A stretch of DNA of 64,000 bases from Caulobacteraceae bacterium (GTDB taxonomy: Bacteria; Pseudomonadota; Alphaproteobacteria; Caulobacterales; Caulobacteraceae): positions 38,253 through 102,252 of the forward strand of contig DASVRA010000011.1 in assembly GCA_036388855.1 (NCBI GenBank), in the 5' to 3' direction. The translations under genes were made by a program, and so were the position numbers. Shown piece after piece: positions 1-9,792 of the stretch. Numbering within the stretch: position 1 is the first letter of the stretch; each line of letters begins with the position of its first letter. The notes under the pieces are model-generated. The model had not been told where the DNA came from. It did no database searches and worked only from the letters and a program-made list of their open reading frames with translations.

Positions 1-46
1 CGGCCGCGCCCTTGCCGTCCGGCGGCGCCGGCTGAGGAGACTGAAG

Positions 47-460
47 ATGAGCGACTACGAGCCCGGCACGTCCTACCATCCCGGAACGCCCGAGGTGCGC
101 GATCGCGCGGCCGCCAGCGCCGACGCCCAGCCGGCCGAGCCGGCGCGAGGCTTGGCCGAGCCGCCGCGCAAGGGCACGCGCAACCTGGCGCCTCTGGTGT
201 GGATCATCCTGCTGGCGCTGGCGGCCCTCGCCGCCTTCGCGGTGTTCCAGGCGCGGGGCAATATGAAGACGCCAACCGGCGGCGACATGCCGATGGCCAC
301 GCCACTGGAGCAGCCGGTGATGCCCAAGACCGACGCGCCGGCGGTGACCGGCGGCGACCAGCAAGGCAACGCCGAAGCGCTGCCGGGCGGGGCGTCCGGA
401 GCTTCGGTGGATGGGGCGGGACAGCCGGTCCCAGTCCCACCGGAAGCGAACCGCGGCTGA
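47..460 (+). CDS. hypothetical single-pass membrane protein with Pro/Ala/Gly-rich tail
   Basis: 137-aa ORF. GAGGAG Shine-Dalgarno-like sequence about 8 nt upstream of the ATG. Central hydrophobic helix LAPLVWIILLALAALAAFAVF. No family recognised. Confidence 0.45.
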   Translation: MSDYEPGTSYHPGTPEVRDRAAASADAQPAEPARGLAEPPRKGTRNLAPLVWIILLALAALAAFAVFQARGNMKTPTGGDMPMATPLEQPVMPKTDAPAVTGGDQQGNAEALPGGASGASVDGAGQPVPVPPEANRG

Positions 461-464
461 TTTC

Positions 465-611
465 ATGCGCCCCGAGCACTCCCGCGTACCCGAACCCGAG
501 GACGCCCGCGCGGACCGGACGGTGCGCGCGCCGCAGCTCGCCTGGGCGTTGATCGCGGTGATCGTGATCCTGGCCTTTGTCGGTTTGGCGATGCTGTTCA
601 GCCGCAGCTGA
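465..611 (+). CDS. possible small membrane protein (48 aa)
   Basis: Internal ATG of ORF 411..611. Contains one clear TM helix (LAWALIAVIVILAFVGLAMLF). No obvious SD, so weak. Confidence 0.25.
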   Translation: MRPEHSRVPEPEDARADRTVRAPQLAWALIAVIVILAFVGLAMLFSRS

Positions 612-664
612 GCCGAGGAAGCGGCAGCCCTTGACAGCCTGCGTCCGCTATTGCTGTATACAGT

Positions 665-1339
665 ATGCAACAGAAGCTGGTTCGTCAGAACATCAGCGAG
701 GCGGTCGCGACGGCGCTCCGCGACCGGATCGTGGGTGGTCGCCTCGCCGGAGGCGAGCGGATCAACGAGGTGCGGCTGGCCGCCGAGCTGGGGGTCAGCC
801 GCACGCCGTTGCGCGAAGCCCTGACCCGGCTGACCGGCGAAGGGGCGGTGACCAGTCTTCCCAGGCTGGGCTTCTATGTCTGCCCGCTGAGCGCCGAGGA
901 GGTGGAGCAACTCTATCCCATCCGGGCGATACTCGATCCCGCGGCCTTGCGGCTGGGGCGCATTCCTCCGGCCGGCCAGTTGCGCAAGCTGCGGACGCTG
1001 AATGGGCGGATGCGGCGGGAGCACGATCCCCGGCAGGTGATCGCGCTAGACGACGAATGGCACCTGGATTTAGTGGCGGCGTGCCCGAACACGATCCTGC
1101 TAGGGCTGATCGAGCAGTTCATCTGGCGCACGCGCCGCTATGAGCTGGCGCTGATGTCGGACGGCGGCAACGTCCGCAACGCGGCAGACGAGCACGACCT
1201 GATCCTCGACGCGCTGGAGGCGGGCGACCTCGAGGGTGGCTGCGAGGGCCTGCGCCGCAACATGCAGAGCGGCAAGGCGCCGGTGCTGGCATGGCTGGCG
1301 AAGCGCCAGCGGACCGACGCATGCGCCGGACCTTGCTGA
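665..1339 (+). CDS. GntR/FadR-family transcriptional regulator
   Basis: N-terminal winged-helix GntR signature (INEVRLAAELGVSRTPLREALTRLTGEGAV), followed by an all-helical FCD-type C-terminal domain. Confidence 0.85.
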   Translation: MQQKLVRQNISEAVATALRDRIVGGRLAGGERINEVRLAAELGVSRTPLREALTRLTGEGAVTSLPRLGFYVCPLSAEEVEQLYPIRAILDPAALRLGRIPPAGQLRKLRTLNGRMRREHDPRQVIALDDEWHLDLVAACPNTILLGLIEQFIWRTRRYELALMSDGGNVRNAADEHDLILDALEAGDLEGGCEGLRRNMQSGKAPVLAWLAKRQRTDACAGPC

Positions 1340-1355
1340 TCAGGGCGGCGGAACA

Positions 1356-3227
1356 ATGAACGGCGAGGACAGCTCCATGAGCCGCAACCGGGGGAAGCGC
1401 CGGCTGGAACGTTTCTGCGCCCTTGCCTTTGTGCTCGCCGCCGCCTCCGGCACGGCTGCGGAGGCGCCGGCGGACGAGGCGCTGATCGGCCTTTGGGTGG
1501 TCCGGACCGAGTTCAGCACTCGGCTTGACGGCGACCTCGTGGTGAGGCGCAACGGCCAGGGCTGGTTCGCTTCGCTGGGCGGCCGTCAAACGCGCTTCCA
1601 GTCCCCAAACGACCAAATCCGCTTCAGCTTCGCAGGCGAAGGCGGGTTCCGGGGCCGGCTGTCCGAAAGCGGCCGTCAGCTGGACGGCTTTTGGCTGCAG
1701 CCGGCGGGAGGCCCGCCTGATCGGCAGGATCCGGGCGGGGCGGGGCAGGCGTTCGCTTCGCCACTTACACTCAAGGCCGCGGGGCAAGGCACGTGGCGCG
1801 GCGAGGTGCGGCCGCTGAAGAACACGTTCAACCTCTATGTGAAGATCTACCGTGACCCGGAAGGCCATCTGGTCGGCGCCATCCGCAACCCGGAGATGAA
1901 CGCCAATGGCGGCGCCACGCTCTACCGCGTCACCCGCAAGGGCGATGCCGTCCACTTCGGCATCCGCGCCAGCGAGACCTCGCCCGAGATCGCGGTGGAG
2001 GGCGCCGTCCTCCATGGGCCGGAGCGGTTGCGTATCTTCCTGCCGGACGTGGAGCGCGCCTTCGAATTGACGCGGCGCGAACCGGCACAAGCGGGGGCCT
2101 TCTTTCCGAGGCCGCCGGGCGAGCCCGCATATGCCTATCGCCCGCCGGCCGCGCTTGGCGACGGCTGGACCACCGCGCGCGCGGGTGAGGTCGGGATGGA
2201 CGAGGCCGCCCTCAGCCGCCTGGTCCAACGGCTGATCGATGTGGATCCGGCGGTGCGGCGCGCCCCGCTGATGCACTCTCTCCTGGTGGCCCATCGCGGC
2301 AAGCTGGTGCTGGAGGAGTATTTCTTCGGCTACGGCCGCGACGATCCGCACGACCTGCGCTCAGCCGGCAAGACCTTCAGTTCGGTGATGCTGGGCGCGG
2401 CGATGATGAACGGAGCGCCCTTGTCCGCGCAGACATCGATCTACGGCGTGATGTCGGGCCTCGGTCCCTTCGCCAATCCCGATCCCCGCAAGGCGAGGAT
2501 CACGCTGGCGCATCTGATGACCCACACCTCCGGGCTGGATTGTGACGACAACGACGACAAGTCGCTGGGCAGGGAAGACGCCATGCAGTCGCAGACGCGG
2601 CAGCCGAATTGGTGGAAATACACGCTGGATCTGCCGATGAAGCACGATCCGGGCGCCCGCTACGCCTACTGCTCCGCCAACACCAACCTCGTGGGCGGGG
2701 CGCTGACGACGGCGACCGGTACCTGGCTGCCCGAGCTGTTCGACCGTACGGTGGCGCGTCCGCTGGAGTTCGGCCCCTACTACTGGAACCTGATGCCGAC
2801 CGGCGAAGGGTATCAGGGCGGCGGCGCCTTCCTGCGGCCGCGGGACTTCCTCAAGGTAGGCCAAGTCTACGCGGACGGGGGAATCTGGCGGGGCCGGCGC
2901 ATCGTCGGCAGCGACTGGGTGACGCTGTCGACGTCGCCGCACGTGGAGATTTCGCCAGAGACGACCGGATTGGGCGCCGAGGAGTTTCCCAACTTCTACA
3001 GCAAGGGCTTCGACGGCTATGCCTGGCACCTGAACACCATCGAGGTCGGCGGGAAGAGCTACCGCGCCTACGAGGCCAGCGGCAACGGCGGCCAGGTTCT
3101 GATCGTCGTACCGCAGGCGGAGCTGGTGGTGGCGTACACCGCCGGCAACTACGGCCAGGGAGGCATCTGGGGCCGCTGGCGCGACCAGATCGTGGGCGGG
3201 GAGATCATCCCGGCGATCGCACGTTAG
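1356..3227 (+). CDS. secreted serine hydrolase, beta-lactamase/PBP4*-like family
   Basis: S-x-x-K motif in SAGKTFSSV. Signal-like N-terminus FCALAFVLAAASGTAAEA. The ORF-track start 1236 overlaps the GntR gene, so ATG 1356 is preferred (1377 is also possible). Confidence 0.85.
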   Translation: MNGEDSSMSRNRGKRRLERFCALAFVLAAASGTAAEAPADEALIGLWVVRTEFSTRLDGDLVVRRNGQGWFASLGGRQTRFQSPNDQIRFSFAGEGGFRGRLSESGRQLDGFWLQPAGGPPDRQDPGGAGQAFASPLTLKAAGQGTWRGEVRPLKNTFNLYVKIYRDPEGHLVGAIRNPEMNANGGATLYRVTRKGDAVHFGIRASETSPEIAVEGAVLHGPERLRIFLPDVERAFELTRREPAQAGAFFPRPPGEPAYAYRPPAALGDGWTTARAGEVGMDEAALSRLVQRLIDVDPAVRRAPLMHSLLVAHRGKLVLEEYFFGYGRDDPHDLRSAGKTFSSVMLGAAMMNGAPLSAQTSIYGVMSGLGPFANPDPRKARITLAHLMTHTSGLDCDDNDDKSLGREDAMQSQTRQPNWWKYTLDLPMKHDPGARYAYCSANTNLVGGALTTATGTWLPELFDRTVARPLEFGPYYWNLMPTGEGYQGGGAFLRPRDFLKVGQVYADGGIWRGRRIVGSDWVTLSTSPHVEISPETTGLGAEEFPNFYSKGFDGYAWHLNTIEVGGKSYRAYEASGNGGQVLIVVPQAELVVAYTAGNYGQGGIWGRWRDQIVGGEIIPAIAR

Positions 3228-3430
3228 CCGCCGCGCCGCCACGACAACGCCGCCAACCTGCATGCGGAGGCCAGCGGCCTCAGCCCCCGCGTCTCGTCAA
3301 TGCGGCGCAGCAGGGCGGCCAGCGGCAGGGCGTCGGCGGCCGCCATCTCCTCCAGCACCGTCCAGAACTCCGACTCCAGCGCGATCGAGGTGGAATGGCC
3401 GGAGAGGTTGATCGAGCGCTTCTGCAGCAT
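3224..3430 (-). CDS. ribbon-helix-helix (RHH_4-type) small protein
   Basis: 68 aa. RSINLSGHSTSIALESEFWTVLEEMA is the typical RHH_4 pattern. 4-nt convergent overlap with the hydrolase gene. Confidence 0.7.
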   Translation of the reverse strand: MLQKRSINLSGHSTSIALESEFWTVLEEMAAADALPLAALLRRIDETRGLRPLASACRLAALSWRRGG

Positions 3431-3513
3431 GCGCGGCAGTTAGCGCTGATCGGCCGGCCCGGCGAGCCCACGCCGCGCTTGACCGGGCGGCGCGATTTGG
3501 CCACGCCAGCTGG

Positions 3514-4905
3514 ATGGAGATGATGATCAGCGCGGCGGAGGCGGGGCCGGGCGCGGCCGTGCCGGTGCGGTTCGCCGGTGAAGCCGGGCTGGCGGGCGAG
3601 CTGGAGCGCGCGGGCGGGGGAGCGGCGCGGCTGGCGGCGGATGCGGGCTTCAAGGGCAAGCGCGGTCAGGTGCTGGTGCTGAACGGCGCCGAGGGCGCTC
3701 CGCGCCTGGTGCTGGCGGGGCTGGGCAAGCCGCCGTTCGACGCCATGGCGGCGCGGCCGCTGCCGGCGAAGCTGCCGGCCGGCGACTACGCGGTCGAGGC
3801 GCCGCCGGAGGGTATCGACGAGGCGCGGCTGGCGCTGGGCTTCGCGCTCGGGAGCTACGGCTTCGACCGCTACAAGCCAAAGGCGGAGCCGAAGCGGGTG
3901 CGGCTGGCGGTGGCGTCGGAGGCGGCGCTGGCGGAGGCGCGGCGGATCGGCCACGCCTGTGCGCTGGCCCGCGACATGGTCAACACGCCGGCCAACGACA
4001 TGGGGCCGCTGCAGCTCGAGACGGTCGCGCGCGAGATCGCGGAGCAATACGGCGCGCAGATCGAGGTGACGGTCGGGGACGAGCTGCTGGAGGCGGGCTA
4101 TCCGGCTGTGCACGCGGTCGGGCGCGCGGCTGGGGCCGGGCGGGCGCCGCGGATGATCGAGATCGCCTGGGGCGAGGCGGGGCCGGTGGTCGCCGTGGTC
4201 GGCAAGGGGGTGGTGTTCGACACCGGCGGGTTGGACATCAAGACCTCCTCGGGCATGCGGCTGATGAAGAAGGACATGGGCGGGGCGGCCCATGCGCTGG
4301 CGCTGGGGCGGATGATCATGGACGCGGGGCTGCCGGTGCGGCTGAAGGTGCTGGTCCCGGCGGTGGAGAACGCAATCTCGGGCGAGGCCATGCGGCCCGG
4401 CGACGTCCTGCGCACCCGCAAGGGCCTGACCGTGGAGGTCGGCAACACCGACGCGGAGGGGCGGCTGATCCTGGCCGATGCCTTGGCCCGTGCGGCCGAG
4501 CACGAGCCGGAGCTGACCGTGGATCTGGCGACCCTCACCGGCGCGGCGCGGGTGGCGCTGGGGCCGCAGGTCGTGCCCTGCTACACTGACGACGACGAGG
4601 TTTGGCGCGGGCTGGAGGCGGCGGCGCGGGAGGTCTCCGATCCGCTGTGGCGGATGCCGCTGTGGCCGGGCTACGCCGAGGCGGTCGAGAGCGAGATCGC
4701 GGACCTGCGCAACGACGGCGACGCCTGGGCACAAGCCGGGTCGATCACCGCGGCGCTGTTCCTCAAGCGCTTCGCGCCCGAGCGGGGGTGGATCCACTTC
4801 GACATCTTCGCCTGGAACCCGAAGGGGCGGCCGGGCTGGCCGGTGGGCGCCGAGGCGCAGGCGATCCGGGCGCTCTACGCCTGGATTAAGGGCCGCTACG
4901 GATGA
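3514..4905 (+). CDS. M17 leucyl aminopeptidase family protein
   Basis: M17 catalytic motifs VGKGVVFDTGG and NTDAEGRLILADAL. Confidence 0.9.
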   Translation: MEMMISAAEAGPGAAVPVRFAGEAGLAGELERAGGGAARLAADAGFKGKRGQVLVLNGAEGAPRLVLAGLGKPPFDAMAARPLPAKLPAGDYAVEAPPEGIDEARLALGFALGSYGFDRYKPKAEPKRVRLAVASEAALAEARRIGHACALARDMVNTPANDMGPLQLETVAREIAEQYGAQIEVTVGDELLEAGYPAVHAVGRAAGAGRAPRMIEIAWGEAGPVVAVVGKGVVFDTGGLDIKTSSGMRLMKKDMGGAAHALALGRMIMDAGLPVRLKVLVPAVENAISGEAMRPGDVLRTRKGLTVEVGNTDAEGRLILADALARAAEHEPELTVDLATLTGAARVALGPQVVPCYTDDDEVWRGLEAAAREVSDPLWRMPLWPGYAEAVESEIADLRNDGDAWAQAGSITAALFLKRFAPERGWIHFDIFAWNPKGRPGWPVGAEAQAIRALYAWIKGRYG

Positions 4906-5744
4906 GCCCCGACGGCCGCACCACCCTGGCGCGGCCGGACCTCGCGGCGGCCTGGCTGGAGGGCCTGGTCCCGGCGCAGCGGTATGCGCCGATGAGGGCG
5001 CGCCGATGCCGCGTGACCTCCGCGCCTATCCGCGAGGCGCCCTCGGCGGAGGCCGTGCAGCAGGACCAGCTGCTGTTCGGCGAGCGGTTTGAAGTGCTGG
5101 AGACTCGCGACGGCTGGGCCTGGGGGCAAGCCGCGCGCGACGGCTACGTCGGCTACGTCCGCGCCGAGGCGCTGGACGGGGAACTGGCGGCGCCGACCCA
5201 CCGCGTGTCCGCCATCCGCACACTGGGCTTTGAGCGGCCGGACAAGAAGGCGCCCGTGATGCTGCCGCTGTCGATCAACAGCCTCGTGACGGCGGAGCGC
5301 GAGGCGGGCGGCTGGGTCGAGACATCCGGCGCCGGCTGGGTGTTCGCCGGCCATCTCGCGCCCGTGGGCGGGTTCGAGCGCGACCCGGCGGCGGTGGCGG
5401 AGCGGTTCCTGGGCGCGCCCTACCTGTGGGGCGGGCGGGAGATCACCGGCGTCGACTGCTCCGGGCTGGTGCAGCAGGCGCTGCTCGCCTGCGGGCGGGG
5501 ATGCCCGCGCGACGCGGACCAGCAGGCGGCGGCGCTGGGGCGGGAGATCGGCGAGAGCGAGCTGCGGCGGGGCGACCTGGTGTTCTGGCCGGGGCACGTG
5601 GCGATGATGCTGGATGAGGCGCGGGCGGTCCACGCCACCGGCTCCACGATGAGCGTGGTGGTCGAGCCGGTCGAGGCGATCACCTCGAGGCGGCTGGCGG
5701 CGGGGAGCGGCGGGCCGACGGTGTTCCGCCGTCCACTGTGCTGA
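4902..5744 (+). CDS. NlpC/P60 (C40) peptidoglycan peptidase with SH3b-like N-domain
   Basis: Catalytic Cys context GVDCSGLVQQA and His context WPGHVAMM. ATGA start/stop overlap with the M17 gene. Confidence 0.85.
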   Translation: MSPDGRTTLARPDLAAAWLEGLVPAQRYAPMRARRCRVTSAPIREAPSAEAVQQDQLLFGERFEVLETRDGWAWGQAARDGYVGYVRAEALDGELAAPTHRVSAIRTLGFERPDKKAPVMLPLSINSLVTAEREAGGWVETSGAGWVFAGHLAPVGGFERDPAAVAERFLGAPYLWGGREITGVDCSGLVQQALLACGRGCPRDADQQAAALGREIGESELRRGDLVFWPGHVAMMLDEARAVHATGSTMSVVVEPVEAITSRRLAAGSGGPTVFRRPLC

Positions 5745-5748
5745 AACG

Positions 5749-6525
5749 CTAGCCCGGCGAGCGGCCGGCGTCGCGGCGTTCCTGGGTCGGAGCCTTGGCG
5801 GCCCCCGCTTGGGGCGTCTGGCGGGGTCCGGCGACGTTGGTGGTGCTTTCCCCCGTGCCGACGACGGTGGGCGAGCCCTTGGGCTGGGGTGCGCCGGCTG
5901 TGGCGTCGCTGGCGGCGGCGGCGTCCGAACCGCCCGCGGCCGCGGCTGCCGCCACATCAGAACTGCCGGCGGCGGCGGCCGGATTCGGAGCGGGGATCGG
6001 GAAGCCGGTGGAGCCCAGGGTGCGCAGGAAGGCGATGATGTTGACGCGGTCCTCGGGCTTCTTCAGCCCGACGAAGGTCATCTTGGTGCCGTTGATGTGC
6101 TGCTGCGGCGACTTGAGGAATTCGCTGAGCTGCTCGTAATCCCAGACCGGGTGGTCACCGCCAAACTTGGTCATGGCTTCGGAATAGGCGAAGCCGGGGT
6201 GCGAACCGGGCTTGCGGCCCAGCACGCCGTAGAGGTTGGGGCCGGTGCCGTTGGGGCCGCCGGCCTCGAAGGTGTGGCAGGAGACGCACTTCTGGTGCAC
6301 CGCCTCGCCGGCGGTGACGTTGGCGACGGGGATCACCGTGCCCCAGTCGATCGGCGCCTCGGCGGCCGCCCCGCCCTCGGCGGTTTCTTGCACGGCGATG
6401 AAGTAGCCGGGCTTGGCCGGGGCTTCCTTGTGGAAGACCATCGAGGAGATCTCACGCAGGCCGAAGATGGCCAGGCCCGTCGCCAGCACGCCGGCGGCGA
6501 TCTTGTTGAACCCGAGGTCGCTCAT
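5749..6525 (-). CDS. membrane-anchored c-type cytochrome (CycM-like)
   Basis: N-terminal TM anchor AAGVLATGLAIFGL and haem site CVSCH. Ala/Gly/Pro-rich low-complexity C-terminal tail. Confidence 0.85.
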   Translation of the reverse strand: MSDLGFNKIAAGVLATGLAIFGLREISSMVFHKEAPAKPGYFIAVQETAEGGAAAEAPIDWGTVIPVANVTAGEAVHQKCVSCHTFEAGGPNGTGPNLYGVLGRKPGSHPGFAYSEAMTKFGGDHPVWDYEQLSEFLKSPQQHINGTKMTFVGLKKPEDRVNIIAFLRTLGSTGFPIPAPNPAAAAGSSDVAAAAAAGGSDAAAASDATAGAPQPKGSPTVVGTGESTTNVAGPRQTPQAGAAKAPTQERRDAGRSPG

Positions 6526-6560
6526 GTCAGACGGCAGGCCTTATCGAAGCCGTTGCGGAG

Positions 6561-6597
6561 AAGGAAAAGCCGCGCCGGAAGGGCCGGTTTTCGCGGG
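6561..6597 (-). terminator. putative intrinsic terminator after nudC
   Basis: Minus strand reads CCGCG-AAAA-CCGG CCCTT CCGG-CGCGG followed by CTTTTCCTT. This is an interrupted 9-bp stem plus a U-rich tract about 40 nt after the nudC stop. Confidence 0.4.
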
Positions 6598-6635
6598 CGT
6601 GTCTGTGGCACGGGCAGGGATGAGGCGCAACCGCC

Positions 6636-7556
6636 TCACCCCGCCGCCCAGGCGCGGATCAGCTGGTGGGCGATGGAGTGCGGCCAGGGGGCGGACAGGC
6701 CGGGCAATTCGCCGGCGATCAGGGCGCGCGCCTCGTTGCGGGTGAACCAGCGCACCGCCTCCAGCTCGGTTTGGTCAGGCCGCGCCTCGCCCTCGGCGAC
6801 CTGCGCGGTGAGGCCGATCATCAGTGAGGAGGGGAAGGGCCAAGGCTGGCTGGAGTGGTAGGCGACGGCGGTGACGGTCAGGCCGCACTCCTCGGCCACC
6901 TCGCGCGCGCAGGCCTCCTCGATCGACTCGCCGGGTTCGAGGAAGCCCGCCAGCGCGGAGAAGCGGCCGGGGTCCCAGGCCGCCTGGCGCCCCAGCAGGC
7001 AGCGGTCGCCGATCACCGGCAGCATGATCACCACCGGGTCGGTGCGGGGGAAGTGCTGCGTGTGGCAGGCGGGGCAGTCGCGCCGCCAGCCGGCGTCCGT
7101 GGCGAGCGTCGGCTGCCCGCAGTTGGCGCAGAAGCGGTGGCGGCTGCTCCACTCGAACAGCGCCCGCGCCGTGGCCGCCACCGCAGCGTCCCCCGCGCCG
7201 AGCAGCGGGGTCACCTTGCGGAAGTCCTCGAAACGGCCGCGGCCCTTCAGCGGCCCCTCCGACGGATCTGAGCCGCCGTCGAGATCGACGGCGAACACCG
7301 CCGTCTCGCCGTCGAGCCCAAGGAACAGCAGGTCGCGCTCGTCGCCGGCCAGCGACACCGCCGGCCCCGGCTCAAGCTCGGCCAGCCGAACGCCGCCCCC
7401 GCGCGTGGTGACCAGTGGCTGACCGCGCCACAGCGCATGCACCCGCGTGCCCGTCGCCTTCAGCCGCCCCGCCAGCCATTCTACGTCCCCGCGCCGCTCG
7501 CTGGCGCGGTCGAGCGGGCTCCCGGCGTAGGTGTTGATCAAGCCGCGCGGCGGCAC
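6636..7556 (-). CDS. nudC: NAD+ diphosphatase (NADH pyrophosphatase), Nudix family
   Basis: Zn-ribbon CANCG...CPACH followed by Nudix box GFLEPGESIEEACAREVAEECG. GTG start 14 nt after the aldolase stop. Confidence 0.85.
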   Translation of the reverse strand: MPPRGLINTYAGSPLDRASERRGDVEWLAGRLKATGTRVHALWRGQPLVTTRGGGVRLAELEPGPAVSLAGDERDLLFLGLDGETAVFAVDLDGGSDPSEGPLKGRGRFEDFRKVTPLLGAGDAAVAATARALFEWSSRHRFCANCGQPTLATDAGWRRDCPACHTQHFPRTDPVVIMLPVIGDRCLLGRQAAWDPGRFSALAGFLEPGESIEEACAREVAEECGLTVTAVAYHSSQPWPFPSSLMIGLTAQVAEGEARPDQTELEAVRWFTRNEARALIAGELPGLSAPWPHSIAHQLIRAWAAG

Positions 7557-7569
7557 GGCCGCGGCGGCT

Positions 7570-8589
7570 TTACGCCGCCTGCTCCAGCGGCGCGTCCCAC
7601 TGGCCGAGCGAGGCCAGGCCGTTCATGCGGGCGCGGTGGGCGAAGGCGCGTTGGCCGGCGGCGACGTTCTCGCGCTTGCCCGACCAAGCCTTCTGCGGCG
7701 CGGCCTGGAGGGCGCGGCCGTAGGAGAAGGTCATCTTCCAGGGGAAGCCGCCGATTTTGTTCATGGCGTTCAGGTGGGCGGTGGCCTCCTCGTCCGACTG
7801 GCCGCCGGAGAGGTAGGCGATGCCGGGCACGGCCGAGGGCACGGTGGCCTTGAGCGCGGCGATGGTGCGTTCGGCCACCTCGTCCACCGTAGACTTCTGC
7901 GGGCAGCCCTTGCCGCAGAGGACCATGTTGGGCTTGAGCACCATGCCTTCGAGCGCCACGCGCTGCTCGAACAGCTCCTCGAAGGTGGTCTGCAGCACCC
8001 AGCGGGTGACCTTGTCGCAGCGGTCGATGCCGTGGGCGCCGTCCATCAGCACCTCGGGCTCGACGATCGGCACGACGCCTTCCTGCTGGCAGATGGCGGC
8101 GTAGCGGGCCAGCGCGTGGGCGTTGGACTTGACCGCGCCCCAGGTGGGAATGCCCGGCGCGATGTCGATCACCGCCCGCCACTTGGCGAAACGCGCGCCG
8201 CGCTCGCGGTAGTTGGCCATCCGCTTGGACAGGCCGTCCAGGCCCTTGGTGATGTATTCGCCCGGGAAGCCGGCCATGCGGCTGGCGCCCCGGTCGACCT
8301 TGATGCCGGGGATGGCGCCGGCGGCGGTGATCAGCTCGACCAGGGGCGTGCCGTCCTCGGCGTCCTGGAACAGGGTCTCCTCGAACAGGATCACGCCGGA
8401 GATGTGCTTCATCCCCTCGGCCGAGCGGAACAGCATCTCGCGGTAATCGCGGCGGTTCTGTTCGGTGTTCTCCACCCCGATCGGGTCGAAGCGCTTCTGG
8501 ATGGTGCCCATCGACTCGTCGGCGGCAAGGATGCCCTTGCCGGGCGTCACCATCCGGTTGGCGATGTCGTTCAGTGCGTTCAGGTCCAT
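7570..8589 (-). CDS. fba: fructose-bisphosphate aldolase, class I
   Basis: N-terminus MDLNALNDIANRMVTPGKGILAADES is typical of class I aldolases. ATG at 8589 chosen inside ORF 7570..8649. Confidence 0.9.
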   Translation of the reverse strand: MDLNALNDIANRMVTPGKGILAADESMGTIQKRFDPIGVENTEQNRRDYREMLFRSAEGMKHISGVILFEETLFQDAEDGTPLVELITAAGAIPGIKVDRGASRMAGFPGEYITKGLDGLSKRMANYRERGARFAKWRAVIDIAPGIPTWGAVKSNAHALARYAAICQQEGVVPIVEPEVLMDGAHGIDRCDKVTRWVLQTTFEELFEQRVALEGMVLKPNMVLCGKGCPQKSTVDEVAERTIAALKATVPSAVPGIAYLSGGQSDEEATAHLNAMNKIGGFPWKMTFSYGRALQAAPQKAWSGKRENVAAGQRAFAHRARMNGLASLGQWDAPLEQAA

Positions 8590-8600
8590 GGTCCCAGCCT

Positions 8601-9791
8601 CTATGCTTGCAGCGCCGCCACCCCGGGCAGCGTCTTGCCTTCCATCCATTCCAGGAACGCGCCGCCGGCGGTGGAGACGAAGGTGAAGTCTCCCGCCACG
8701 CCCGCGTGGTTCAGCGCCGCCACCGTATCGCCGCCCCCGGCCACGGCGACAAGCCTGCCGCCCTTGGCTAGCTGCGCCGCGTACCGCGCGGCCTCGACCG
8801 TGGCGCGGTCGAAGGGCGGAACCTCGAACACGCCGAGCGGGCCGTTCCAGATCAGGGTCTTGCAGCGGTCCATGGTGTCGAGCAGCCGGCGCACGCTGTC
8901 AGGCCCCGCGTCGAGGATCTTGTCCTGGGGCCCCACCTCGCCGAGCCCGCAGGTGCGGCTCTCGGCGCCAGGCGCCACCTCGCGGGCGACCACCACATCC
9001 GTCGGCAGCAGGATTTCGCAGCCCTGCGCCTGCGCCTTGTCCAGGATTTCGCGCGCGGTGTCGGCCATCTCCCGCTCGGCCAGCGAGGCGCCGATGTCGT
9101 GCCCTTGGGCGAACAGTAAGGTGTTGGCCATGCCGCCGCCGATGGCGAGGTGCTGCAGCTTGCCGACCAGGTTGTTCAGCAGGTCGAGCTTGGTGGAGAC
9201 CTTGGCCCCGCCGACTATGCCGATCACCGGCCGCTGCGGGTTGCCCAGCGCCTTGTCCAGCGCCTCCAGCTCCGCCTGCATGGCCAGCCCCGGATAGGCG
9301 GGCAGCCGCCGCGCCAGCCCTTCGGTCGAGGCGTGCGCCCGGTGGGCGGCGGAGAAGGCGTCGTTCACGTAGAGGTCGCCGAGCCGGGCCAGTTGGTCAG
9401 CGAAGGCGGGGTCGTTCTGCTCCTCGCCAGCGTGGAAGCGCAGGTTCTCCAGCAGCGCCACGCCGCCGTCCTCCAGCGCGTTCACCACCCGCTCGGCCTC
9501 CGGGCCGACGCAGTCGGGGGCGAAAGCCACCGGCTGCTCCAGCAGCGCCGACAGCGGCTCCACCACGGGCTTGAGGCTCATCTCCCGGTTCGGCTTGCCC
9601 TTGGGCCGGCCGAAGTGGGCCAGCAGCACCACCTTGGCGCCGGCCACGCTCAGCGCTCGGATCGTCGGCAGCGCCGCCCGCAGGCGGGTGTCGTCGCCGA
9701 CCCGGCCGTCCGACATCGGCACGTTGAAGTCCACGCGGACGAGGGCGCGCTTGCCGGTCAGATCAGCGTTTGCGAGAGAGCGGAAGGTCAT
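8601..9791 (-). CDS. pgk: phosphoglycerate kinase
   Basis: [26 protein letters not shown] start, 397 aa, full-length Pgk-like. ATG at 9791 inside ORF 8601..10067. Confidence 0.95.
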   Translation of the reverse strand: MTFRSLANADLTGKRALVRVDFNVPMSDGRVGDDTRLRAALPTIRALSVAGAKVVLLAHFGRPKGKPNREMSLKPVVEPLSALLEQPVAFAPDCVGPEAERVVNALEDGGVALLENLRFHAGEEQNDPAFADQLARLGDLYVNDAFSAAHRAHASTEGLARRLPAYPGLAMQAELEALDKALGNPQRPVIGIVGGAKVSTKLDLLNNLVGKLQHLAIGGGMANTLLFAQGHDIGASLAEREMADTAREILDKAQAQGCEILLPTDVVVAREVAPGAESRTCGLGEVGPQDKILDAGPDSVRRLLDTMDRCKTLIWNGPLGVFEVPPFDRATVEAARYAAQLAKGGRLVAVAGGGDTVAALNHAGVAGDFTFVSTAGGAFLEWMEGKTLPGVAALQA

Positions 9792-9792
9792 T

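Noticed and set aside
5749-6000. Ala/Gly/Pro-rich 3' part of the cytochrome c gene as a separate gene or tandem repeat.
   Set aside because: It is continuous in frame with the haem domain and has no exact nucleotide repeat unit. It is interpreted as a low-complexity periplasmic tail.
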